Positions 26,154-38,599 of a stretch of 64,000 nt of DNA are shown piece after piece. The translations under genes and the position numbers were made by a program. The stretch spans positions 25,978,001 to 26,042,000 of the forward strand of contig NC_043006.1 of the NCBI RefSeq assembly GCF_006345805.1, given 5' to 3'. This DNA comes from Octopus sinensis (Eukaryota). The notes under the pieces were generated by a model, which made no database searches, was not told the DNA's origin, and saw only the letters and a list, made by a program, of their open reading frames with translations. Positions within the stretch are counted from its first letter, which is position 1. Every line of letters starts with the position of its first letter.

Positions 26154-27198
26154 TGTTGTTGTGAAATAAACAGGGAGTGACTGGTAGTTGTTGACACAGA
26201 GAAAGCTTGAACATAAGTGCCAGAATTTTTACAGTTTATACTAGATTTAAACTTTTTATTTGTCATGGTCATAAATTTTGTGACCAGGCAAAATATTGTT
26301 CATTTTCATACAATGCATATTTTCTGCATAAAATGTTAAATATTTCTTTAGGTTTTCGTATATCTTTTTCTTTTTGCCAATTATGAATCCATAATGAAAA
26401 ATAGTCGAATATACAGGTCTGCAAGTTCATTTCGGCAGATTTTTTACTGATCTTAAGATTTTATCTAGCAGTGTAAGTGCGATGCCATAGCAAGAGCATC
26501 GGCCGATTCCTATAGCAACGCGTCAGAAGAGAATTATCACTCTCTCTAATTATAAAGACAACTATTGCTATGGCTTTCTTCGTAGCAGCCGCAGAGAAAC
26601 TAATAACACAGAGAATGAACCATGGATCCACAGAATATATTTTACTGCAACAAATAACATGTGTTCACAAGCAACACGCCGCAGTTGCTAATCTTATATA
26701 TTGTAAAGACATTACAATGTATAATAAATAAATGGCCATCGGAATAATTGTTCTTCTCCAATGCATTTTCTCATTCAGTCATCGTCGTTACATTTTGGTG
26801 ACTTCCTGACTTCATTTAAATTCTGTTACATATATATGCACATATTTGTACATATATAAACGCACAGACATTTGCATGGAAATAATTAAACGATAAAGCA
26901 CACAATTAAAACAAGATATAATTAAAGGAATAAAATATGAAAAATTACTAATTGGTTTGCGTTGGGCACTACACGACTTCATTCTCTTAACCATTTCTCA
27001 AACAGTATTCGAGCGCAACCGAATGCATTTTTTTGAGACATTTGTTGCCGAAAGGTACAAACATCTTGAGGATGTTTCTTCTAAGTTTTATAGAAAGTAT
27101 TAATCTTAATTTAGGGGCAATCTATGTTTTGCATGTGGTTTATATTCTGAACTTAAATGTTTCTCTGTCATAATAACTCCTTCGTGCTGCTACAGATA

Positions 27199-27419
27199 CC
27201 CTTTCATTACTAACCCGGCCAAAACCGGCTCTGGCTCTGTAGTACAAATATCTTGTTTTCATAAGTTTTGCATCAAAATATACCACCAAACCTCAGTTGC
27301 AATTTATATTCCTAACACTAGCTGAATGATAAATGAGTTATTTTACTAAATTCTTTGTTATATTTAAAATAATTGAAAGAAACACAGAGCATCTCAAAAT
27401 AAATACAGTAACGAAAGGG
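27199..27419. mobile_element. piggyBac-like MITE
   Basis: TIR ccctttcattact / agtaacgaaaggg; TTAA intact on the right (27420-27423), degenerate on the left. Confidence 0.55.
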
Positions 27420-28284
27420 TTAACTGTTTGCTTGATTTTCGCAGACCATGAATCTAAGTTCATCTTCATCCTCTGCGTTTTCTTCGTTATTTCCTTGGGG
27501 AAGGATTTCGTTGCGTGTAAAAGAAATGGTGGGTGAAGGAGGTAAAAGGTAAAGTCAGAGATACGTCCGATAATTTCGGCCAGTGTTTGATTGTTTTCTG
27601 TTTTAAAGATACAGCAAGTATTGCTATAGCTCTTACATTTTTTTTTTTTTTTTCATTTGAGATTTCTTCCGATATGTGTTTGGAAATTTAAACTGCTTCT
27701 ATCTTTTCGTACACAGAAATATATCATTTTTATCTTCACTTTCTAGATTATTCCCTGTAGTAAAAAAAAAAAATGATTGTTAGGTTTCACAAAAATTCTT
27801 CTATCTACATTTTTTTCTTTCTTGTAACTGATAAATCTAAAAATTCCGTCTGCTCATTTAGCATTTAGGGAAGGTTTCTCTTCACACAGCCATTATGTTT
27901 GGAATTGTTTAAAAGTTGTTGTTGCCGTCGTCGTAGCCTTTCAGATTGTTTATTTGCGAATTTGGGACATTTTCTTCTTTTAAATGTTCACCGAAGTGTT
28001 CATTTTCTTTTCCCTCTTGTATATTTAGCTACATGTTTTGATTTTGTATTATTTTTCTTTTTTCTTTTTTTTTTCCTATTGTCATACTTTGACGAAGGAC
28101 ATAATTGCAGATGTAGAAACAAAATGTGTGTGAATAAAATTGTAAAGGTTTGTGAAACAAATCTCTTTTTTTCTGTTGTCTACCCTTGCGTATTTGAGGG
28201 CAGCCTGTCCTTAGACAATTATAATTCTGCTTACGAGTGTTCCAAAGAAACTTTCATTTGGTAATGCAAAACACAAAAATAATG

Positions 28285-28490
28285 GTTTCAAAATTTGGCA
28301 CAATTTTGGGGAAGGGGTTTACATCGACCCCAGTGTTCAACTGGTACTTATTTTTATCGACCCCGAAAGGATGAAAGGCAATGTCGACCTCAGCGGAATT
28401 CGAACTCAGAATACAGAGACAGACGAAATGCTGCTAAGCATTTTGCCTGGCACTGTAACGATTCTGCCTGCTCACCGCCTTTATAATAAT
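28285..28490 (-). mobile_element. SINE family B copy (a second 3' stub at 28566-28608)
   Basis: Reverse complement of the family B core (gaaaggatgaaaggcaatgtcgacctcagcggaattcgaactcagaa). Confidence 0.82.
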
Positions 28491-28512
28491 CCTTTCTACG
28501 AAAGACACAAGG

Positions 28513-28565
<53 letters not shown>

Positions 28566-28617
28566 GGTTCAAATTTTGCCACAAGGGCAGCAATTTTGGG
28601 GGAGGGGATAGCTCAGA

Positions 28618-28880
28618 TACCAGGAAACCTCAAAATGGCAGAAATTGAAAAGAACTGTCCATATCCTATGTAAAATGCTGTCTACGTTATCTCAAATTTT
28701 AACACAAACTCATAATTTTCTTATGCTTTCTTAAACATTCTCTAGAACAATACTATGTGCAAAACCAAATATATGACACCCTAGGCATAACACCAACATG
28801 AACTTCTAACTTGTTGTCTCTGAGGTCTCTGAGTGAGACTTGGAGCCAACCTGTACAAATACAAAGCAAAAGTCAAACAT
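28618..28880 (+). mobile_element. R4/Dong-type 3' end and 3' UTR with (AAT) tail
   Basis: PGNLKMAEIEK..TVHILCKML resembles the R4 C-terminal (G)TAHILRKVL motif; ends in ataataataat. Confidence 0.55.
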
Positions 28881-28884
28881 ATAA

Positions 28885-29040
28885 TAATAATTTTTTTCTA
28901 CTGGAAGCACAAGTGCCTGAAATTTGGGAGAAGGGACTAGTTGATTATATCGATCCCAGTGCGTAACTGGTACTTATTTCATCGACCCTGAAAGGATGAA
29001 AGGCAAAGTTGACCCCGATGGAATTTTAACTTTGAACGTA
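28885..29040 (-). mobile_element. SINE family B, 5'-truncated
   Basis: Family B core on the minus strand. Confidence 0.75.
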
Positions 29041-29041
29041 G

Positions 29042-29385
29042 CCTTTACCGTGTCCTTTTGCACGTCAGAACTATTTTGGTTACTTCCTTAATGGAATACA
29101 AGTCCGAGATAGTATTGGGGCTGTCAGAGTAATCAGAACCTGAATTTTCATGCCAACCCCACCCATTCATATGCTATTGCAGGTCATCTCTGTATCACCA
29201 CCGTGCAGGGCTCCTTTACCGTGTCCTTTTGCACGTCAGAACTATTTTGATTACCTCCTTAATGGAATACAAGTCCGGGATAGTATTGGGGCTGTCAGAG
29301 TAATCAGAACCTGAATTTTCATGCCAACCCCACCCATTCATATGCTATTGCAGGTCATCTCTGTATCACCACCGTGCATGGCTCC
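29042..29385. repeat. Near-identical tandem duplication, period 171 bp
   Basis: cctttaccgtgtcc at 29042 and 29213; only a few substitutions between units. Confidence 0.92.
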
Positions 29386-29811
29386 AAAAGTGACGACAAG
29401 CCAAGAGTCAACATCACTACCAATATCTCTGGCTATGATCCTCATATTTTTCCTTATCTATTGTGTCGTCGCCTTGTCCTTGGACTTAACAACCATGCAA
29501 ACGCTTCCATGCTCTGCCCTCGTCGATGGAGCTCACAGCCTGCCACACATAAACCAATGTTTCCTATAGGAAATGTTAAAATTTATGCGTGATTTCATAT
29601 AGAAACCTTTTGAAAATTCGAGGTAATGCTTCCTTGCACCTCGCCCTTTCGCCCGGATTACGAACGTTTCTGCCAGCTCGCCACCTTGAACAATCAAAAT
29701 ATTAATAGAAATATCCAGAATGGGAGGACTCAAACGGAAAATGTCAATAATAGTGAAGAGATAAAAATGAAGATGCAGATAAATTTACAAGCCCAACTGC
29801 AGGAGTTGCAT

Positions 29812-30228
29812 GGGATCTTTTCGGTTTGAACGGCAGTTTTTTCTAGCGGTGTCATATGAAATTGTCACCCATAATTATGACCCTAGTATCGATCTATTGC
29901 ATTTCAATCTCTTTTAGGGTTAGGGTTAGGGGTGGGGGGAAGGGTATCTTTTTTTCTTCACAAATGTAAATAAACCCAATCTGTTTCTTAAACGAGACAT
30001 ATTCATACGGCACAGAATGTTTTTTAACTCAATAGACGTCACTGATTGGTTGAAATTGCAGAAATTGAAGAAAAAATACAACAAATATCTTACAAACTAT
30101 AGAATTTTCTCAATAAAGCCAAGAGAAAAAGGTGTTTTATAAACACATTCTACCAGTATACGAAGTTTAAAATTTTTTAGTTACCTAGAAATTATGTTAA
30201 AAACTGCCGTTCAAACCGAAAAGATCCC
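29812..30228. mobile_element. MITE with GGGATC termini and 6-bp TSD (TTGCAT), copy 2
   Basis: Perfect TIR gggatcttttcggtttgaacggcagttttt; TTGCAT at 29806-29811 and 30229-30234; highly similar to 17750-18184. Confidence 0.93.
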
Positions 30229-31204
30229 TTGCATGTACAACATACAGAAAATAAACCAAAGAAGGAAACTTAAGGTTGTTGTTTGACCAACTAAAAATAA
30301 CTGTCAACTATCTCTTAAATTACACCTTATTCTCTTGAAAAGGGAAGGAAAACATGGAATAATATAGCCCAAGATATGAAGTAACCAAGTAAAAAGAAAA
30401 AGAAGAAAAAATGAGGCCGCTGTGGCGGAAGAGCCTTTGACATAGGTCTGCTCAGCCAAAGTTGAACTAAAGCTAAACAACGATAACATACCAATAACAC
30501 TAGTTACTGGACACATATGAAATGGAACTTTAGATGCAAAAGAAAATTACTTCATGCGCCTAAGAAGTATAGAAATGCGTTCGGTTATTTGGGCAGTAAA
30601 CGCATGTAATGAAATGATAATGCAAGTGAAGTGATGATGTTTATTGTACATTATCCACCACCATCGTATTAGTACTGTTGTTACTTCCGATATTTTCTAT
30701 TTTCATTTCTTAATTTGTTGCTTGTTCGATTCTAGTATTCTGACGTAATATTACTGTATTTCTTACATAAAGGGCATGCCTGAGATTTTTTATTGGTCGG
30801 CATATATACAGTTGTGACGCTTAAGTGCTGTTACAGAGGTTGAAATCGGGTCACGACCCAGAATCGACAGACAAACTTTTAATGTATAAACTCTCACCAC
30901 CATCAGGTGATATGATTCATAAAACGCCACGTGTCTGTTTCTATGTTGAGGATAGCATAGTCTGATCCACAACAAATGAGTCGCTTAAGATTTGTGAAAT
31001 ATTAAACATTCTAAGGTATACGTCATATCGGGTTGGATAATATAATATGCTGAGTTAATTTTCTAAGCGTGTTTGCTTTTATATTGTCGGTCATACATAT
31101 ATGCCTGTACATTTCAATTCATCAGCAATACGAAGGGAAAGAGAGAGAAAGGCGGCTATTGAAGGCTCAATACATACTGTGTAAAAAGAAATACGTGAAC
31201 TAAA

Positions 31205-31400
31205 TGGAGAGTCGGGAAAATGCTTTGCATTTTTGCTCCGACTCCTTACGTTCTGAGTTAAACAACCCTGCCCTGATGTCAACTCTGCTTTTCATCCTTT
31301 TGGGGTCCATAAAATAAATACCAAGTCAAATACTGGAGTTCATAGTATCAACCACTTCACTTCCCTTAAAAATGCTAGCTTTGTACCTAAATTAGAAACT
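31205..31400 (+). mobile_element. Old SINE family B copy
   Basis: Degenerate core ttacgttctgagtt...gatgtcaactctgcttttcatccttttggggtc. Confidence 0.65.
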
Positions 31401-31548
31401 TTTATATCGATGTCCAACCTTGCCATTAACTGGATACTTCAGTTGGTACCCACTAACAATGCTGTTATCTACAAGAAAACATCTAATTGTCAGCCTTTCC
31501 CCATATGTGTATGAGTGTGTATATATGTGTGTGTCTATAAATTTATGT

Positions 31549-31587
<39 letters not shown>

Positions 31588-32862
31588 TTTATTTTTTACT
31601 TGTTTGTCATATATATATGCCTTTCCCTTGGATAACATCAGTGGCATGGAGAAGGGAGGCTGGTATGCATAGGTGACTGTTAGTCTTCTCTAAACAACCT
31701 TGCTTGGACTTGTGCCTCGGGGAGTAACTTTCTAGGTGCAATCCCATGGTCATTCATGGTCGAAGGTGGTACCATAAAACTACTTGTTGAAAATGTAAGC
31801 AATTTTATGAATGACACAGTTCAATGATACAAGGTAGATCCAAACATTACAAGTGAAATTCAGTAGATGGAAACTTGTTTGGTGGACCACCAGGTAGAGA
31901 GTAACTAGAATTCAAACGATCGGCTTTGTCTCACATTTTGTCATGCTGGTTACATGTAATCTGTGGAATATTCACCTACTTATATACTATTTCAATGAGT
32001 ATACCTGTATTCTGTTGGCAGAATGGTGGAATCAGTCATCGTTGAAACCCACAGAGATTGCTGTACACATGTCTGTGTATGTCACACATCATGGTTATCC
32101 GAGAAATGAAAGTCCAAAGCAAAAAGTTTTAGACATATTTATTACTTTACTTGATGGTCTGATTTCAGCATAACAGAACAACACTGATCCAATAGATTTA
32201 CTTTCATTTGGAAAGTATTATAGTATGAAGCTACTTGCTTGACTGTATAATTTTTAACAGATGACACGTTAACAAAAGAACTCTCAAATTAAAATACATC
32301 CATGTAGTTGCCATTTATTTATTAATCCTTGGTAAAAGTGATTGTGGTTCACTGATGGCTCACCCCTCCCTCAGGAAAAAGACTCACAGTTCTTTCCATT
32401 GTTTCATTTTACAAAAGCTACAGAAGCTTATACAGAAGAAGAATGATACAGCATGCAAGTATCATGTGTGAAACAGATATGAGTTAATCAACTCTAAATG
32501 ATCATGAGAAATCTGTAAAACATAAGAATGCTAATAGTTGTGCAAACTCAAATCTAATTTTAAGCATATTTAAGAAGGCTAGTATGCAAAATATGGAAAC
32601 GAAAAAATTAAACAGAGGTTACATATAACATGTAACTTAAGTATTCGACTGATAGATTATAAAAAATTGATCTAATAATAAAGTAAAGAGGTGTATTTGG
32701 AAAAATTAAGCTCCATTGAACAGAATGTATGAGTCACTGAGATTTTGTGTGAGAAATAAGTTGACTTTAAAAAGTCATACTGGAATGTAGGGTAAATTTC
32801 TTACAGGAATCAGAATAATTCCTGTTGTATCAACAATTGGTAAACATATTTGTAATGTAATT

Positions 32863-33166
32863 TGCTTGTTCCTTCTCGAGCCATACCTGGCTCATAAGGG
32901 CCGGTTTCCTGGTTTCTTGGCGTATAGGCTCCTCACCTGGACGGGAGGCCGGTCCATTACAGGTGAGCTGCAAGATGCAGGAGGAAAGAGTGAGATAAAG
33001 TTGTGGCGAAAGAGTCAGCAGAAGTTCACCATTACCTTCTGCGGGAGCCGCACGGAGCTTAAGTGTTTTCGCTCACAAACACACACATCGCCTGGTCTGA
33101 GATTCGAACCCGCGAGCCCTCGACCGCGAGTCCACTGCTCTAACCACTAGGCCATGTGCCTCCACA
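32863..33166 (-). mobile_element. Full-length tRNA-derived SINE family C with 15-bp TSD
   Basis: Minus head gtggaggcacatggcctagtggttagagc...gggttcgaatc (A and B boxes); TSD atttgtaatgtaatt at 32848-32862 and 33167-33181. Confidence 0.88.
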
Positions 33167-35054
33167 ATTTGTAATGTAATTGTGTACCACAGAAGCCAAA
33201 CATAAAAGAAAAATGAAAGAAACAGAAGCTAAAAACATCAAGTGGTTTTATGTCGTTCCTTAAGCAACCTAGACTTTCATTAGCGTTAACTGCATTAGAA
33301 ATAAGTGTAGACCAGCCCATCAATGTATCAGGTGGAGAATTAAGCTTCTTTCGAGGACCAGCTGTTTCTTTCAAAGAAGCAGAAAATAAGGTGGGTTAGG
33401 CAAAATAGGCAATTTCTGATTTCTTGCTATTTTCTCTCAACATGTCTGAAACCATTACATTGCAAGTATTGCATCATCATTTTGTACTGTTGCACCATCT
33501 TTGGGAGTTGTTGTTGTTGAAGTTGAGAGAGTTTGAAACATAGTCAGGTGGGTTTTTTTTTTTTTTCAAGAAATTGTTCCACTTCTGACCCAATTCTAAT
33601 TCAGGTTGCTTATAAAATACCTGGATAATTTTTGGTGTTTAACAATAAATATACATTCCTCAATTAGATTCCAAGTAAATTTTGCCCCACATTAATGTCT
33701 AATTTCATAATTTTCAATTTTTCAAAAAAGGGGTCTAAAGTGGGGCAAAACGAGTAATGATTAATTTCAATAATTTCTTTCCTTCAGCTGCATGATGTGT
33801 AAATATGTCAGAAAGAGAATTACTCCAGCACATCACAAAGAAGCTATAGAAAATATTTGATGGTGAGTTTAGTTGAGTTTCATTAAGTTTCATAGCATAT
33901 GCTACTTTTCCATGATCCTCTTCAATTTGACTAAGATATTAAAAATTTTTGTTGCATATATGATCTTTTTTGATGTCTAAGTATGGATATTGATGTGTAT
34001 GAGTCTTTTTTTCAAATATAATTCTGGAGAATTGAAAAGGCAAATTTATCTTATTTTATCTTATGCATTTTGCCCCACCTAAATTTGTCTTTTGTATGCT
34101 CAAAGAGAATGGAGATAATTTTCTGAAATAGTATTCTGAATATGTTATAGTATTTTTAAAGCATTTAGAAAAGGTAATTTGTTTAAATGACATAATTTTT
34201 GTAAAGTAGTAGATTTATAAAAATTATTTTTTTTCTCAAAGTCAAAAGTGCAGTAAATATTACTCATTGTGCCTCTAACCTCACCCTACAAAACTTGGAA
34301 TTGAAAAGTGGGAAAACACAACACAACCTATAACAGAGTTGATCCAGCATCCGATCTAGGTTCTGTTGAGTTTGAAAAAAATATTTTAAAAAGTAAAATT
34401 TTCTTAAATGCCCTGCAGATAGAAATGTCTATTCAGGTTTGAAGTAAATTCAAAATAAGTAAAAGATCATAGAAATCTTTTGGAAAATAAGGAAATTTCA
34501 GGCATATTACATTAAAAATTATGAGAGCTTCTCAAGAGAATTCTCCATTGCATAAAAGTTTAGCAACACAAAACATTGCTTGCAAGGTGACAAGGAATCC
34601 TTAGACAAGAAAAGGAAATTAATATCAAAAATTTTTTGGGTTATTAAGATTGTTGGACAAGTTTTATCTTCACATCTCAGTATTGTGGAAATGAATCCTA
34701 GAAGACTATTCACAAAGTCAAATACAGTTTTTTGGGGTTTTTTTTCTAAAGATCATGCATATCAAGAAGAAATGATAGAAACATTTTATTATATTGATAT
34801 TTATTTTCAGATGACAATAATTTTTTAACAAGTCTTTTCTTGGACTTATCCAATTAAACTGAAATGATGCAGAAAATACAATGGAAATCAATTTGAATCA
34901 GCTTCTAGAAATATAGTCGGTTCAGTTAAAGGTTCGAATGCAGCTGAGGGACTGAAACAAAAAATTGCAGTAAAGAGTGAAATACTGGTATGTAAGCCAA
35001 AACAAAATGAAAAGTTGCCCACAATAAAAAGTAAACATTGTTCAAAAGTAGATG

Positions 35055-36158
35055 TTCCATCAATTTCGCTGGTCCTCTAAATGGTTCATACTACTCAGTG
35101 GTAGTTGATAGTTTCTCAAAATGACCTGAACTATGCAAGTGTAAAAAAGACCAACCTCTTCAGCTGTGATAAATTTTTTACGTGAATTGTTAGCAAGATT
35201 TGGCATCCCAGACAAAATAGTCTCTGACAATAGAACACAATTTGTGTCTAGCAAATTTTTAAAATTTTGTGAAACGTTCACGGTAGAACATATAACTACA
35301 GCACCCTACTATCCCAGATCTAATGGACAGGCAGAATGCTTTGTCGATACATTCAAAAGAGCCCTTAGAAAATCAAATAAGGAAGTTACGGATGAGGTAG
35401 CTCTACAACAATTTTTAAGAGTGTGCTGTGTGACACCAAATCCAAATACATCAGCAGGTAGCTCACCAGTGGAGCTGATGTTTGCAAGGAAAGTAAAATC
35501 AGTCTTTGATAAGTTGCTACCTGGCAAGGAAAGAAAAAGTGTCAGGGATGACATAGCAAGATTCTTTAAATTTGGTGAAAAGGTGTATATGAAGGGATAC
35601 AAGAATGGAAAGCAGAGTTGGGAAGATACATTACCAAATGCAAAGGTAAAAATGACGTATTGGGTAAAAAGTAGAAAATGCACACAAAAGAGACACAGGA
35701 ACCAACTGAAAAAGAAATTTGTGGAAAGCGAACCAAAGAAGTTGGAGGAACCGTTGTACGATACATTCCAAGTACCAATGCCACTGCAGGTGATTGAACC
35801 CAGGCATACAAATGAGAGGAAAAGAAGACATACAAAGTTCCTGAAAATAGATGTCAATCGCAATAAATTGTACGCAAAAAACTCAAAAAGAGGGAGGTGG
35901 GGGAATAAAAAAATTATTGCTAAATAAAATGACACTTGCTCAGAAAAACTTAAAAGGGGAGAGGTAGGTAATTAGTAATAATGGTACACCCTTCCCACGT
36001 GACGAATGGAATAACCTAGTCACTATGAATAAGGAGAAGTACGTGAAGTACAGAAATACGTAGTAGGCGGTCAGAGATAGTTGAGTCTTTACTAGTTTTA
36101 CTTAGAATACTGTATACCAAAGTGAGCATTACAATCCAACTTTATAAGAATTATAACA
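35055..36158 (+). mobile_element. Gypsy integrase core, PPT and probable 3' LTR
   Basis: FAGPLNGSYYSVVVDSFSK, FGIPDKIVSDNRTQF, TAPYYPRSNGQAECFVDTFKRAL; PPT aaaggggagagg near 35955; ends ttataaca at 36158; related to the 23.8-24.6 kb integrase. Confidence 0.82.
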
Positions 36159-36404
36159 GTTAATTAACCATGTGAGTAATTTCATATTTATTAAGCTTCA
36201 CTTGGAACCCACTTTTGCAAAATCTGTTAATATTTCTCAAATTGAATAAAATCAATGTGAGCTTATTGGAAATTAGTTTTCAAACTGTATCTAATAAACT
36301 GATTATTTACATATTATTTACATTTACATTTACATTATTTACATTTGTGGTGCACCTGAGCACTGTATACAATAATTTCATTATTATTATTATTATATCA
36401 TCAT

Positions 36405-36635
36405 GATGAAATTAGGCTAAGTATTGAAACAGGGTGCGGTAAAAATATCACCCTGTTTCAAAACTAAGCATTTCGTCTGTCTTTTTATCCCGAGTTCAAA
36501 TTCCGCCGAGATTGACTTTGCCTTTCACCCTTTCAGGATCAATAAAGCAAGTACCAGTTGAGTACAGTGATCGATTTAATCAACTTAACACCCACCCCAA
36601 CACCCCAAAAAAGCTGCCGGCCTTGAGCCAAAATT
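36405..36635 (+). mobile_element. SINE family B copy; head contains a 12-bp inverted repeat
   Basis: Core gagttcaaattccgccgagattgactttgcctttcaccctttc; tgaaacagggtg/caccctgtttca at 36425-36460. Confidence 0.7.
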
Positions 36636-37567
36636 TAAGAAAAAATATTTTCTTAAATTCAATGTTCAACGGTTATTCCTCGTTTTAATTAACATCCATA
36701 CCTTAATCTAATAATACCTGAATTAGCCTTCCTACCAACCTAGTCTTTATACGTAAATACAGAAATTCTTTTTTTTTTATTATTCCTTCTTGTTAGAGAT
36801 GAGCCTTGCACAACGTACCTCACAATATGTAACCTTATTATATAATTTTATTGTGAATAACATTACTTTGTGAAATGATATTGCCGATTACATTATACTG
36901 TGACAAATTCCTACGTAGTGAACAATAATTGCACCACGTAACGATAAAAAAAAAAGCCTTAGAATCTTCTAGAAAAATATTCGATAAAAGTAAAAGAGGG
37001 GAAAACCCGTAAATTTTCTGATGAAATTATTGAAGCTTTGCAGTGGGCGTTGTATTCATCAAGTGGTGTTTATCGCGGCGGTTGGGAGGAGGTAGCGGTG
37101 TGAGAATAAAAGGCTACATAGATTTTTCTCGAAGGAATATCAGAAATAAATGGGAGATGAAGTGGAGAAGACGTAGTTTATTTGCAGACAGAAAGTTTGG
37201 GGAAAGTGAGAGAAAAGAAAGAAGGAAGGAAAGGAAAACGGAAAAAAGAAAGAGAGAGAGAGAGTGTGTGTGTGTGTATTGCGAGATAGGGAGAAATCAG
37301 AATTGATAGGTAGGTGCTTGTAATAAAATCACAAGCGAAAGGGAGTGGTCTGCTGTCACGAGAGCAAGCGGTATTTCCGCAAAAACCGAAACTATATTTT
37401 TTGCTCAAAAACAGAAAGTGTTTTCCACTGACATAGTTTCCAGAACATACTGGCTGTAACTAGTCACAACAAGATCATATTGATCACGTAATAACAAAAC
37501 AAGAAAGCAATATCCACTCCCTTGAAATTTAAATAAAGATATAAGTCTACTAATGTAATATAGGGGA

Positions 37568-38007
37568 CTAGTGCAATTTCGCACCTCTCCTTGAAAAATG
37601 ATTTTTTGGGGATTCCTACGTTTTAGATGTCGGAGATTAAGAAAATGCAAAAAAAAATTTTTTCTTTTAGATTTCTCTCCGCCAACCCCCAATTTAAAAT
37701 TTTGCTTTTGTTTACTTTGAAAAGATTGTAGTGAATTGATGCAAACAATTTGCATTTTACTTGTGTTTGCCTTAGATAATCGTAAGACTTATTCAGCCAT
37801 TTATTTGTCTATCTATTTATCCCTATCCGTTTATTTCTATCTATCTATCTCTTTATATACACATAACTATATGCTGATTGAATTAAAAAATTTTGAAAAC
37901 CTGACTTCTTGCATATTCAGAATCTCCGACAACTAAAACGTAGGAATCCGAAAAAAGTATTTTTTTTTAAAATGCCTTTTTCAAGGAAAGGTGCGAAATT
38001 GCATTAG
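37568..38007. mobile_element. MITE-like element with ~90-bp imperfect TIRs
   Basis: ctagtgcaatttcgcacc...cctacgttttagatgtcggagatt versus aatctccgacaactaaaacgtagg...ggtgcgaaattgcattag. Confidence 0.65.
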
Positions 38008-38142
38008 ATATGTATAAGGAATCATATTCATTGGGATTTAGGCAACTTGGAAGGAAGACCTAATCGACTATGTTCGCCTTTCATAAAAGACTGATTACAG
38101 ATCGGTAACTTCAGTTTCTCCCCAAATTACCGAAAGAAGCTA

Positions 38143-38321
38143 GGGCGTAACTTCGGTATAGGTACCGGAAGTACCCGATACATTTCAAGAAAGTATTTTT
38201 TTTTTATATATATATGGGGGGGGGGTACGGTTAGGGGTGGGAGAAAAGGGTTTCTGTTATCTTCAGAAATGTAAACAAAGCCACTTCCAGTACTTACGGT
38301 ACCTATACCGAAGGATCACCC
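38143..38321. mobile_element. Short MITE with GGG termini sharing the internal G-rich motif of the GGGATC family
   Basis: TIR gggcgtaacttcggtataggtaccggaagtac / gtacttacggtacctataccgaaggatcaccc; internal ggttaggggtggg...aagggt..ct...tcttcagaaatgtaaa; no clean TSD. Confidence 0.62.
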
Positions 38322-38504
38322 AAATAAATTTAGGGCCCTTTTATATGCCACAGGCTGCAAATTACCTTCTTCTTAAACTCCTTCCACCTCTCTCTCTCTC
38401 TCTCTCTGCGTATGTTCTTATGTGTATGCATGCTCGTGTTTATATATATACTGACCGATATATATATATATATTATCCGAAATGTATAGTATTAAATATC
38501 CATC

Positions 38505-38599
38505 ACGGCTGGTCTTGCCCTTCGGTTTCGCGTAAAGAATACAATGGAGTGTTAGGTAGCAGACCGATAATATAGCTTTAGCTCATCAAAGTCAGCCGT
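38505..38599 (-). ncRNA. Decayed hammerhead motif at the edge of a Penelope-like 3' region
   Basis: Minus strand ACGGCUG..UUGAUGA-GC...GC-GAAAC-CGAAG-GGC-AAGAC-CAGCCGU; outer stem I pairs, core C3 and U16.1 lost. Confidence 0.4.

Larger units (their letters stand above)
21575..26473 (-). mobile_element. Tc3-like Tc1/mariner element with ~220-bp TIRs, interrupted by a Gypsy insertion
   Basis: 21575-21780 (plus about 25086-25098) is the inverted counterpart of about 26257-26473; TA follows 26473; the transposase lies between the TIRs. Confidence 0.87.

Noticed and set aside
28085-28135. Hammerhead-like UUGACGA-AGGACAU...AUGUA-GAAAC
   Set aside because: Core C3 is lost, the cleavage triplet is GUG, and there is no stem I; too degenerate to call.
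29042-29385. Alpha-satellite-like centromeric monomer (171 bp)
   Set aside because: Only two units; the length match is coincidental.
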